Below, in pieces: positions 27,598 to 36,900 of a stretch of DNA of 63,929 nucleotides (position 1 is the first letter of the stretch; every line of letters starts with the position of its first letter). Origin of the DNA: Maritimibacter sp. (GTDB taxonomy: Bacteria > Pseudomonadota > Alphaproteobacteria > Rhodobacterales > Rhodobacteraceae); assembly GCA_037379985.1 (NCBI GenBank), contig JARRIY010000001.1, positions 1-63,929 of the forward strand, given 5' to 3'. The position numbers were made by a program, and so were the translations under genes. The notes beneath the pieces were generated by a model. It was given only the letters and a program-made list of their open reading frames with translations. It did not search any database and was not told where the DNA came from.

Positions 27598-29325
27598 ATG
27601 CCCTATCGCGCACCTCTGACTGAAATCCAGTACATGCTTGATCATATGGTCGGGTTCTCCGATCTGGCTGAAACCGAGCGCTTTGCCGAAGCAACGACGG
27701 ATATGGTGTCGGCGATCCTCACCGAAGCAGCCAAGCTGAATGACGAGGTGATCGCGCCGCTCAACCGCGTGGGCGATACTCAGGGTGCGGTGTTGGAAAA
27801 CGGTGTGGTGCGCAGCTCGCCCGGGTTCAAAGAGGCCTATCAGACCATGGCCGAAGGCGGCTGGGTCGGCATTTCCGGCAGCACCGATCATGGCGGCATG
27901 GGCCTGCCCTTCACGCTGAACGCCGCATTCAACGATATGACCTCGGGCGCGGCGTTGGCGCTGGGGCTGAACCCGCTGCTGACTCAAGGCCAGATCGAAG
28001 CGCTGGAAGTTCATGCCTCGGACGAGATCAAGGCGCTCTATCTGCCCAAGCTCACCTCGGGCGAATGGACCGGCACGATGAACCTGACCGAGCCGCAGGC
28101 GGGCACCGATGTGGGCGCCGTGGCCACGAAAGCGGTGCCGAATGGCGACGGAACCTACGCGATTTCCGGGCAGAAGATCTTTATCTCCTGGGGCGATCAC
28201 GACATGGCCGAGAATGTCTGCCATCTGGTGCTGGCGCGGCTGCCCGATGCGCCGAAGGGCACCAAGGGGATCAGCCTGTTCATGGTGCCGAAGCTTATTC
28301 CCGATGAAAACGGCAACCCCGGCGTGGCGAACAGCCTGAAAGTGGTGAGCCTTGAGCACAAGATGGGCCTGCATGGCTCGCCCACCTGCGTGATGTCCTA
28401 TGAGGGCGCGACCGGCTGGCTGGTTGGCCCGGAACAGGGCGGGATGGCGGCGATGTTCACGATGATGAACAATGCGCGGCTGCAAGTGGGTGTGCAGGGG
28501 ATTGGCGTTGCCGAAGGCGCTTATCAACACGCGCTGGAGTATGCGCTGGAGCGCAAACAGGGCCGTTCGCCGATTGAAGGTGGCACCGGCACGATCATTG
28601 ATTTTGCCGATGTGCGCCGGATGCTGATCGAAGCCAAGGCCGAGATTTTCGCCGCCCGCGCCATCGCGCTGGCCTGCGCTGTGGCGATTGATATGCAAAA
28701 GGCCACCGGCGAGGCCGATTGGGCTGCCCGTGCGGCGCTGCTCACCCCGATTGCCAAGAGCTATGGCACCGATATTGGCGTGAAGGTCAGCTATATCGGC
28801 CAGCAAGTGCATGGCGGCATGGGCTTTATCGAGGAAACCGGCGCCGCCCAATACGCGCGTGACGTGCGGGTGACGACGATTTACGAAGGCACCAACGGCA
28901 TTCAGGCGATGGACCTTGTGGCGCGCAAGATGATGGATCAGGGCGAAGCGGCCTTCCGGCTGTTCGAAGAAGGCGAAGAGGTTGCCGAAGCCGCTCGCAA
29001 CACCGTTCCCGCGCTGGCCGAAGCTGTCTGGGGTGCGGCTGAAACCCTGCGTGAATGCGTCGAGTGGCTGGTTGAGCAGGATTTGCAGGACCGGTTCGCC
29101 GGGGCTGTGCCCTTCCAATGGGCCTGCGCCCGGGTGATGGGGGCATTTTACCACCTGAAAGCTGCGCATCTCGAAGGCGGCAAAGGCCCGCGCACCGAGC
29201 TGGCGGCCTATTATATCGAACGTCTCTTGCCCGAACATGTGGGCTCAGCATCGACGATCTCGCCTCATGAGCGCGCCCTTCTCCTTTCCGTGGGATATGC
29301 CGCCGGGCGAGGGGGAGGCTATTGA
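27598..29325 (+). CDS. Acyl-CoA dehydrogenase; C-terminus frameshifted in this sequence
   Basis: GTMNLTEPQAGTD, GQKIFIS, EHKMGLHGSPT, QVHGGMGF and IYEGTNGIQ; the likely native end LSIDDLAS* (TGA 29268-29270) is out of frame. Confidence 0.88.
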   Translation: MPYRAPLTEIQYMLDHMVGFSDLAETERFAEATTDMVSAILTEAAKLNDEVIAPLNRVGDTQGAVLENGVVRSSPGFKEAYQTMAEGGWVGISGSTDHGGMGLPFTLNAAFNDMTSGAALALGLNPLLTQGQIEALEVHASDEIKALYLPKLTSGEWTGTMNLTEPQAGTDVGAVATKAVPNGDGTYAISGQKIFISWGDHDMAENVCHLVLARLPDAPKGTKGISLFMVPKLIPDENGNPGVANSLKVVSLEHKMGLHGSPTCVMSYEGATGWLVGPEQGGMAAMFTMMNNARLQVGVQGIGVAEGAYQHALEYALERKQGRSPIEGGTGTIIDFADVRRMLIEAKAEIFAARAIALACAVAIDMQKATGEADWAARAALLTPIAKSYGTDIGVKVSYIGQQVHGGMGFIEETGAAQYARDVRVTTIYEGTNGIQAMDLVARKMMDQGEAAFRLFEEGEEVAEAARNTVPALAEAVWGAAETLRECVEWLVEQDLQDRFAGAVPFQWACARVMGAFYHLKAAHLEGGKGPRTELAAYYIERLLPEHVGSASTISPHERALLLSVGYAAGRGGGY

Positions 29326-30304
29326 GATTGCCGAAGGCGCGCTGTGGATGCGTCTGCCGCTGCCGATGGCGCTGGATCATGTGAACGTTTTCGCCTTCCG
29401 TGATGAGGATGGTTGGACGATCATCGACACCGGCTTTGACAGCAAACGCACCCGGGCGATCTGGGCCAAGCTGCTGGACGGGCCGCTGGCCGGTGCTCCG
29501 GTTGCGCGGGTGATTGTGACCCATCACCACCCCGACCATGTGGGGCTTGCGGGCTGGTTCCAAAAGGAACACGGTGCCGAGCTGATCACCACCCGCACTT
29601 CCTGGCTGTTCGCGCGGATGCTGCTCTTGGACGAGCAGATGAAGCCGGTGGACGAGACACTGGCCTATTGGCGCTCGGCCGGGATGGACACGGATGTCTA
29701 CGACAAGCGCAAGGAAGAGCGGCCGTTCAACTACGCCGATATCGTCGCCGATATGCCGCTTGGCTTTCGCCGGGTGAAAGAGGGCGACGTGATCCGCTTT
29801 GGCGGGCGTGATTGGGATGTGCGCATCGGCAATGGCCACGCGCCGGAACATGCCACCTTCTGGAGCCGCGATTGCGATCTGGTGCTGGGCGGCGATCAGC
29901 TTCTGGCCACGATCAGCCCCAATCTGGGCGTCTATGCCACCGAGCCCGAGGCCGATCCGGTGGGCGACTGGCTGGAAAGCTGCGAGCGGCTTAGCCCTTA
30001 TGCCGAAGACAGCCATCTGGTGCTGCCGGGGCATAAGCTGCCCTATCGCGGGCTGCCCACGCGGATGCGTCAGCTTGTCGATAATCACCATTCGGCGCTG
30101 ACCCGGCTGGTTGCGTTTCTCGATACCCCGAAAACCGCCGCCGAGTGTTTCCCGGCGCTGTTCAAGCGCCAGATCGACGAAGGCACCTATGGGCTGGCGC
30201 TGGTCGAGGCAATGGCGCATCTTAATCACCTCTATCAGATCGGGCAGGTCACGCGCACGCGGCGCGAGGATGATGCCTGGCTCTGGCAGCAAAGGAACAT
30301 GTGA
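29267..30304 (+). CDS. MBL-fold metallo-hydrolase
   Basis: THHHPDHVG, GHAPEH and LPGH; ATG 29267. Confidence 0.92.
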   Translation: MSAPFSFPWDMPPGEGEAIEIAEGALWMRLPLPMALDHVNVFAFRDEDGWTIIDTGFDSKRTRAIWAKLLDGPLAGAPVARVIVTHHHPDHVGLAGWFQKEHGAELITTRTSWLFARMLLLDEQMKPVDETLAYWRSAGMDTDVYDKRKEERPFNYADIVADMPLGFRRVKEGDVIRFGGRDWDVRIGNGHAPEHATFWSRDCDLVLGGDQLLATISPNLGVYATEPEADPVGDWLESCERLSPYAEDSHLVLPGHKLPYRGLPTRMRQLVDNHHSALTRLVAFLDTPKTAAECFPALFKRQIDEGTYGLALVEAMAHLNHLYQIGQVTRTRREDDAWLWQQRNM

Positions 30305-30768
30305 TGATGAATGCAAAGCCCGCCCGCCCGCTGGCACGGGTTGCGAAATGTGATGAGGGTGCGCCGCTGACCGCCGAGCAGAAACCGCTGCCGCAGGCCG
30401 TGGCCGACGTGCCGATGGACGAGAAAAGCCCGGCAGAATGGGCCTATGAGCGGATCATCCTCTATATCCAGAATTTCGAAGAGCAGCTCGACAACGAACA
30501 TGAGGTCGCCATGGGATTTGTCGGGGGCGATGCAGGGACGCTCCGGATCGAAGGCGTCGGTTATTTCGATCCCGATATCATCACCTTTTATGGCACTGGC
30601 CCGGATGGGGCGAAAACCCAGCTTATTCAGCATGTCAGCCAGTTGAATGTGATGCTGCGCGCCCTGTCGCGCCAGAATCACGACGACGAACCGCCCATGC
30701 GTATCGGCTTTCGGCTGGCCGCCGATCTGGGCAAGGTTACCGCTGATGAGGATGAAAATCCGGACTGA
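30304..30768 (+). CDS. DUF6173-like conserved protein
   Basis: SPAEWAYERIILYIQNFE, QLIQHVSQLNV and RIGF; start uncertain (30301/30304/30307). Confidence 0.75.
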   Translation: MMNAKPARPLARVAKCDEGAPLTAEQKPLPQAVADVPMDEKSPAEWAYERIILYIQNFEEQLDNEHEVAMGFVGGDAGTLRIEGVGYFDPDIITFYGTGPDGAKTQLIQHVSQLNVMLRALSRQNHDDEPPMRIGFRLAADLGKVTADEDENPD

Positions 30769-30860
30769 TTCTGCTGCCTCAGTGCATTCCGCCCCGTGAC
30801 AGGGTGCGACAAATCGTCTAATCCTCTCACCCGAACCGATTTAGGGACGAGGATATAAAG

Positions 30861-30995
30861 ATGTCTGAGCATCAACACGGCAGCATGGATACCCGCGTGC
30901 ACGAGAAAACCTTTGAAGGTTTCATCAAAGCCAGCAAATTTTCGGTCATTACGATCATCGCGATTGTGGTTGTTCTGGCGCTCGTTGGTGCCTAA
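30861..30995 (+). CDS. ctaH: aa3-type cytochrome c oxidase subunit IV (44 aa; not in ORF track)
   Basis: MSEHQHGSMDTRVHEKTFEGFIKASKFSVITIIAIVVVLALVGA: HGSMD...HEKTFEGF motif plus a single TM helix; GAGG RBS. Confidence 0.9.
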   Translation: MSEHQHGSMDTRVHEKTFEGFIKASKFSVITIIAIVVVLALVGA

Positions 30996-31043
30996 AGCTC
31001 TCGGCGTCAGATAAAATTTACATTGCCGGGGCAATTTGCGCCT

Positions 31044-31640
31044 ATGAAACGCCTGTTTATCCTGCTCTCCATGCTTCTCGGGCTTGCCGCCTGTGGAGCC
31101 GAGCCCGTCTGGGCCCCCGATGATGTGGTTGCGAAAGCGCATTACGCCAGTCCGGATGCGCCGAGCCTGACGCTGTTTACAGTTGTGAACGTGAATTCCG
31201 GCAATGGCGGCCATTCTGCGCTGATGGTTTCGGCGCCCTCGGAACGGGTGCTGTTTGACCCGGCCGGCAGTTTTCACCATCCGCGCCTGCCTGAACGCAA
31301 TGATGTGGTCTTTGGCATGACCGATCCGGCGGTGGATTTCTATATCGACTACCATTCCCGCGAAAGCTGGCGGGTGGTGAAGCAGGATCTCGTGGTCAGC
31401 CCCGCCGTGGCGGAAATGGCGCTGCGTCTGATCAAGGAAAATGGCGCTGTCGGTCATGCCCTCTGTGCCAATTCGATTTCCTCGATTCTGCGTCAGCTTC
31501 CGGGCTTTGAAGATATCAGGGTCACGTTCTTTCCGGTGCCCTTGCAGGAACGGTTTGCCCGCCGCGCCGGTGTTGTGACCCATGAATATCACGACAATGA
31601 TCCCGACGAGAACGGCATGATCGTGGCGCACGGGATCTGA
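31044..31640 (+). CDS. Conserved hypothetical lipoprotein
   Basis: Lipobox LAAC; GGHSALM, FDPAGSF and CANSIS (His/Cys could be a permuted papain-like dyad). Confidence 0.78.
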   Translation: MKRLFILLSMLLGLAACGAEPVWAPDDVVAKAHYASPDAPSLTLFTVVNVNSGNGGHSALMVSAPSERVLFDPAGSFHHPRLPERNDVVFGMTDPAVDFYIDYHSRESWRVVKQDLVVSPAVAEMALRLIKENGAVGHALCANSISSILRQLPGFEDIRVTFFPVPLQERFARRAGVVTHEYHDNDPDENGMIVAHGI

Positions 31641-31665
31641 TCTTCGCCCCGGATCCGGGGCAGGG

Positions 31666-31998
31666 TCAGCCGATCAGATAGAGCAGTCCAAACAGCGTGA
31701 CACCGCCACCGAGAATGGCGATCAGCGTGTTGCGGGTGAGGCTTCCCAAAATGATGGTCACCAGCGCGGCAGAAAGCCGGGCCGGATCAGGCTGGCCTCC
31801 GGTCGCCTCGGGCCAAAGCACCAAGGGTGCCACCATCCCCGGAATAACCGCCACCGGCGTATAGCGCAGAAGCCTGAGCAGCCAGGTCGGCAACGGCCTG
31901 TCGCCGACAATCCCCAGAAAGGAAAAGCGGATCAGGAAGGTGCCAATCGCCATGCCTGCGATGATCAGCCAGATCTGCTGCGGAGTTTGCGTGATCAT
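31666..31998 (-). CDS. azlD: AzlD-family branched-chain amino acid export small subunit
   Basis: GTFLIRFSF and LRYTPVAV; hydrophobic; overlaps azlC. Confidence 0.85.
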   Translation of the reverse strand: MITQTPQQIWLIIAGMAIGTFLIRFSFLGIVGDRPLPTWLLRLLRYTPVAVIPGMVAPLVLWPEATGGQPDPARLSAALVTIILGSLTRNTLIAILGGGVTLFGLLYLIG

Positions 31999-32705
31999 GC
32001 CTGCCTCCGTGCCATGGCTGTTTCAACCAGCGCGCCGGTGATCATCGCGGCAATCGCTGCTACCAGAAGGCCAAGCGCGTAGGGCAGACCCGCCAGCGCC
32101 AGAGCCAGGGTGACAGAGACGAGCGCGGCGGCGAGATGGGCGAGGCTTTTCACCATCGGCGCGACCATGGCGAGAAAGGTGATCGGTACGGCGAAATCGA
32201 GCGCCAATTCCGGCGGGATCGCTTTGCCCAGCAGCGCCCCGGCAAGGGTGGCTGCATACCAGACCGGGGTGATCAGGATCATCGTGCCGAAATAATAACG
32301 CAGCTTGTCCGAAAGGGTCATCTCCGGCTCGGGCGCAAATTTGGTGATCGCCATCACATAGGACTGATCGACCAACAGATAGGCGGCAAAGGCGCGTTTC
32401 CACAGAGGCGCCTCGCCCAGATGCGGGGTGAGCGAGGCGGAATACATCGCCATGCGCAGGTTCACCGTCAGCGCGGTCAGGATCACCATCAGCGTGGGCG
32501 TATCGGCCAGCATCTGTTGCAGGGCTGCAAATTGCGACGCTCCGGCCACAACCAGTACCGACATGCCCATCACTTCCACAAGCTTCAGCCCGGCCTCGGA
32601 GCCGACAACTCCGAACAGCATCCCGAACGGTGCCACAACAAGAATGAAGGGCAGAGCGTCACGGATCCCGGCCCGGACGGGTGTTTTAGACTTGGAGAGC
32701 GACAT
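31995..32705 (-). CDS. azlC: AzlC-family permease
   Basis: PFGMLFG, AGASQF, VNLRMAMYS and LDFAVPITF; start ATG 32705. Confidence 0.9.
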   Translation of the reverse strand: MSLSKSKTPVRAGIRDALPFILVVAPFGMLFGVVGSEAGLKLVEVMGMSVLVVAGASQFAALQQMLADTPTLMVILTALTVNLRMAMYSASLTPHLGEAPLWKRAFAAYLLVDQSYVMAITKFAPEPEMTLSDKLRYYFGTMILITPVWYAATLAGALLGKAIPPELALDFAVPITFLAMVAPMVKSLAHLAAALVSVTLALALAGLPYALGLLVAAIAAMITGALVETAMARRQA

Positions 32706-32777
32706 GATGAGTCCTAGGGTTTCAGGGCGACGATAGGCCGTCCTGAAAAGCGGTGCAAACCAGTAATGGAGTGTGAT

Positions 32778-33380
32778 TTGAAACAACCATTGGGCGTGAT
32801 TCTGGCCGGGGGGCGGGCCCGCCGCATGGGCGGCGGTGACAAGGCTCTGGCCGAGCTTGGCGGTCGGTCTTTGCTGGCGCATGTGGTTGAGCGCTTAGCC
32901 CCGCAGGTGCGTGGGTTGGCGCTTAGCGCCAATGGCGACCCTGATCGGTTCCGAAGCTTTGGACTGCCGGTTTTGCCCGACACAATGCCTGGCAATCTCG
33001 GGCCGTTGGCTGGGGTGCTAGCGGGGATGGACTGGGCGGCCAAGGCTGGCGCAGATCATATCGTGACTGCCGCCGCCGACACGCCCTTTCTGTCGCGCAA
33101 TCTGGTCGATCAACTGGCGCTTGCAGCCAGCGAGGCGCATGAGCCGATTGCGCTGGCGGCCACGGATAACGGGCTGCATCCGACCTTTGGCATCTGGCCG
33201 GTCAGCCTGCGCGACGATCTGCGGCTGGCGCTGGAGACTGGCACGCGCAAGGTTGTGGCCTGGGCCGCGGGGCAGGGCATGGCGCGTTGCGAATTTTCCA
33301 GCCTGCCGCATGATCCGTTTTTCAACATCAACACGCCGGAAGACCTTGAACAGGCGCGGAGTTTGATCGCGGGAGAATAG
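32778..33380 (+). CDS. mobA: Molybdenum cofactor guanylyltransferase
   Basis: ILAGGRARRMGGGDK, GPLAG, AADTPF and FFNINTPEDL; probable TTG start after GGAG (alternative ATG 32766). Confidence 0.93.
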   Translation: MKQPLGVILAGGRARRMGGGDKALAELGGRSLLAHVVERLAPQVRGLALSANGDPDRFRSFGLPVLPDTMPGNLGPLAGVLAGMDWAAKAGADHIVTAAADTPFLSRNLVDQLALAASEAHEPIALAATDNGLHPTFGIWPVSLRDDLRLALETGTRKVVAWAAGQGMARCEFSSLPHDPFFNINTPEDLEQARSLIAGE

Positions 33381-33415
33381 CAGCGCTGTGAGGCGTGTGC
33401 TTGGTTTTCTGTGTG

Positions 33416-33436
33416 CCGGCCTGAAGCCCGGCCTAA
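33416..33436. repeat. Degenerate REP-like element, copy 2
   Basis: CCGGCCTGAAGCCCGGCCTAA between convergent genes; matches 2106-2125. Confidence 0.5.
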
Positions 33437-33449
33437 CCAGCAAGGGAGC

Positions 33450-34475
33450 CTAGTCAAACGTCCCGGTCACGCGGCCCAGCAGCATGAAGGCGCGGGCGGT
33501 GCGGGTGGCACCGAGGCGGGTCAGTTCTTCGTCGCTGGCATGGGGTTCGACCGACGAGATCATCTCGTCAAACCGGCGCAGGAAATGGTGGGCGGCATCG
33601 CGAAAAATTGTATCCTGCCGCATCCGTCCGGCGGTGAGCGCCAGCGAAGAGCGGTCGCGGATACCGCCCAGCATTGCCACCGTGCGCCCGCGTTCGCCTG
33701 CCGCAAAGCGCCGCCAGATCTCGGGCCGGGCCGGATCGGGGCGCAGATCGTCCATATAGATCCCGTCCTGCGACAGCAGTGTCAGCACATCCTGCGCAGC
33801 CTGAATAAGGCTGGCGACATTGCGATCCGCCAGCGCCCGGCGCAGGGCGGAAAAACCCTCATCATCCTCGGCGCTTTCGGGGAAATTGATCGCGCGGATC
33901 AAGTCTTCGATGTTTAGCGGTGCGGCCAGATCTTCAGCCGGGGTGCCAAGGGCTAACCGCGCCTGCCCGGTTTCCTCAAGCTCGGGCTGCGCTTCGCTCA
34001 CCAGTTTTGGCGGCGGCGGCAATTGGGTTTCCATCCGGGGCCGGGCCGACACAAAGGTCGCCAGCGCATCCTGCGTCTGGGTCTGTTTTTGCGAAATCTC
34101 TTCCAGCTTGCGGGTCAGATCACCGGGGCGCACGCCGAGCGCATGGGATTGCTGCAGCTCGACAAAGCTCTGGCGCATGGTGTTCAGCGCGGTTTGCAGC
34201 TGGGCGCTTTCCTCGCGCATGATCCGGGCCGACCGCGCCGCCGAGGCCGCCAGCCAGATCACCGCCACCGGCAGCACCGTGGCCAGCAGTGCGAAGACAA
34301 AGCGCATCCCGCCAGACGCATCGGCATCGGCGCCGCCCAGGACCAGGAAAAACACGATACAGGCGATCAGCCAGATTACCGACAGCACAATGGCCAGCAG
34401 TTCCGAGCTACCGAGCGGTCGCCCGCTGATATGCTGGAAAACGCCGAGGTCGATGGAGCGTTTTTCGTCCGCCAT
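33450..34475 (-). CDS. Conserved hypothetical membrane protein (2 TM + coiled coil)
   Basis: Two N-terminal TM helices; conserved-looking C-terminus LLSQDGIYMDDL...TARAFMLLGRV; downstream of greA. Confidence 0.8.
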   Translation of the reverse strand: MADEKRSIDLGVFQHISGRPLGSSELLAIVLSVIWLIACIVFFLVLGGADADASGGMRFVFALLATVLPVAVIWLAASAARSARIMREESAQLQTALNTMRQSFVELQQSHALGVRPGDLTRKLEEISQKQTQTQDALATFVSARPRMETQLPPPPKLVSEAQPELEETGQARLALGTPAEDLAAPLNIEDLIRAINFPESAEDDEGFSALRRALADRNVASLIQAAQDVLTLLSQDGIYMDDLRPDPARPEIWRRFAAGERGRTVAMLGGIRDRSSLALTAGRMRQDTIFRDAAHHFLRRFDEMISSVEPHASDEELTRLGATRTARAFMLLGRVTGTFD

Positions 34476-34496
34476 CTGCCTGTCCTATGTGCTGAT

Positions 34497-34967
34497 CTAA
34501 ACGAAACTGATCGACAGAATTTCGTAGCTCTTCTCGCCGCCCGGGGTTTTCACCTCGACCGAGTCGCCTTCATCCTTGCCGATCAGGGCGCGGGCGAGGG
34601 GCGATTTGATATTGAGCTTGCCCTGTTCCAGATCGGCTTCGGGTTCGCCGACGATCTGAAAGGTCTTTTCCTCATCCGTGTCTTCATCGACCAGCCGGAT
34701 CGTGGCGCCGAATTTGATCGTGCCCGACAGCTTGGCCGTGTCGATCACTTCGGCAAGGCCGAGAATACCTTCAAGCTCTTTCACCCGGCCTTCGATAAAG
34801 CTCTGCTTTTCGCGGGCGGCGTGATATTCGGCGTTTTCCGACAGGTCGCCATGTTCGCGCGCCTCGGCAATCGCCGCGATCACCGCCGGGCGTTCCACCG
34901 ACTTCAGCTGCTTCAATTCGTCATTCAGCGCGGTATGGCCCGCGCGGGTCAGAAGGATCTTTTCCAT
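34497..34967 (-). CDS. greA: Transcription elongation factor GreA
   Basis: [16 protein letters not shown] and [10 protein letters not shown]; 156 aa from ATG 34967. Confidence 0.97.
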   Translation of the reverse strand: MEKILLTRAGHTALNDELKQLKSVERPAVIAAIAEAREHGDLSENAEYHAAREKQSFIEGRVKELEGILGLAEVIDTAKLSGTIKFGATIRLVDEDTDEEKTFQIVGEPEADLEQGKLNIKSPLARALIGKDEGDSVEVKTPGGEKSYEILSISFV

Positions 34968-35222
34968 AGGGCGGTGTTCTCGATCTTCGGTCGTTCGTTT
35001 TGCCCGGCCCGGACGGGGCGGACATATCAAATCGCGCGCCAACACGGCACGCGGATGTCCGGCCAAAAGAAAAGCAAAATCGCTTGCATTGCAATGGTCT
35101 TGTTGCACAAGCGGCGCGTCAGGGCCTGAACGCGTCATCGGGCAGCAAAATAACGCTCAGTCGTGATTGACCTGTTATCGGCGGGCCGCTATCGAAACCC
35201 GAAATGTGCCAGGAGGGAATCC

Positions 35223-36736
35223 ATGTCTGAGATCGAACGCGAAGCGATGGAAGTCGATGTGGTCATCGTGGGGGCTGGTCCTGCGGGACTGTCTGCGGCG
35301 ATCCGACTGAAACAGCTTGATGAGTGAATGGCGACGAGTTCCATATGCTGTCGGAAAAAGGCGGGTTCAACATCCCGACCTGGCCGATGCCGCCCTTCAT
35401 GTCGAACCACGGCAAATACATCGTTTCGATGGGGCAGGTCTCGCGCTGGCTGGCCGAACAGGCCGAAGCGATGGGCGTGGAAATTTATCCCGGCATGTCG
35501 TGCTCTGAGCTGATCTATGATGACAATGGCGCGCTGAAAGGCGTCGTTGCCGGTGAGTTTGGCAAAGAAGCCGACGGCACCCCCGGCCCCGCCTATGAGC
35601 CGGGCATGGAGCTGCATGGCAAATATGTGTTCCTGGCCGAAGGCGCGCGTGGCTCGCTGACCAAACATGTGGTCAGCAAATACGCGCTCGACCAAGATCG
35701 CGATTTCCAGAAATTCGGGATCGGCATCAAGGAAATCTGGGAAATCGATCCGGCCAAACACCAGGAAGGGCTGGTGCAGCACTATATGGGCTGGCCGCTG
35801 GGCAAAAACGCCCATGGCGGTGGTTTCGCCTATCATGCTGAAAACAATCAGGTGTTTATCGGCCTGATCACCCATCTCAACTATGCCAACCCGCATGTGT
35901 ATCCCTACATGGAATTCCAGCGGATGAAGCATCATCCGAAAATCGCGCCGATGCTGGAAGGCGGCAAGCGCGTGGCCTATGGCGCGCGGGCGGTTGCGGC
36001 GGGCGGCTATCAGTCGATGCCGAAAGCGGCCTTCCCGGGCGGCGCGCTGCTGGGCGACACGGTGGGTCTGGTGAACTATGCCCGGATCAAGGGCAACCAT
36101 AACGCCATGCTCTCGGGCATTGCAGCTGCTGAAGCCGCTGCCGAGGCGATCAAGGCGGGCCGGTCGGCGGATACGCTCGACGCCTATGAAACCGAGCTGC
36201 GCAATGGTCCGGTGGCGAAAGACCTGATCAAGGTGCGCAACGTCAAACCGCTGACCACCAAGTTTGGCGACAAGTTCGGCCTGATGCTGTCGGGCTTTGA
36301 CATGTGGACCAATCACCTGTTTGGCTTCACGGTCTTCGGTACGATGAAACACGGAAAATCTGACGCGGCGGCCACGGGCAAGGCCAAGGATTATCCGAAA
36401 ATCGACTATCCGAAACCGGATGGGGTACTGAGCTTTGACCGGCTAACCAATGTCAGCTTCGCGGCGACCAACCACGAGGAAAGCCAGCCCTGCCACCTGC
36501 ATCTGAAAGATGCCGATCTGCCGATCGCGCTGAACCTGCCGGAATATGACGAACCGGCGCAGCGCTATTGCCCGGCTGGGGTCTACGAAGTGATCGAGGG
36601 CGAAGATGGCCCGAAATTCCAGATCAACTTCCAGAACTGCGTGCATTGCAAAACCTGCGACATCAAAGATCCGTCGCAGAACATCACCTGGACAACCCCG
36701 CAAGGGGGCGACGGGCCGAATTACGGCAATATGTAA
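35223..36736 (+). pseudogene. Electron transfer flavoprotein-ubiquinone oxidoreductase, interrupted in this sequence (deletion plus frameshift near 35324; may be an assembly artefact)
   Basis: ATG 35223 gives [34 protein letters not shown] (stop 35325-35327); the rest continues in another frame to RYCPAGVYE and NCVHCKTCDIKDP; the EKG...HILSGA segment is absent. Confidence 0.8.
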
Positions 36737-36758
36737 GCCGTTTCGCAGCTGAGTTTTC

Positions 36759-36795
36759 AGGGCCGCACGTCATTGCTGACGGGCGGCCTTGTTTT
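36759..36795 (+). terminator. Probable terminator after ETF-QO
   Basis: GGCCGCACGTCA-TTGC-TGACGGGCGGCC followed by TTGTTTT. Confidence 0.6.
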
Positions 36796-36900
36796 ATCGC
36801 CGCACTCTTCACGGATTTGTAATCCGCACCCGGTCGGGGGCTTGCCGGGAATGGGGCGTACCCCTAGGGTCTGAGCGGACCCAACCTACGGAGCATCCTC

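Noticed and set aside
35322-35330. Programmed frameshift or readthrough as the explanation for split ETF-QO
   Set aside because: No slippery sequence, and conserved coding sequence is physically missing, so recoding could not restore the protein
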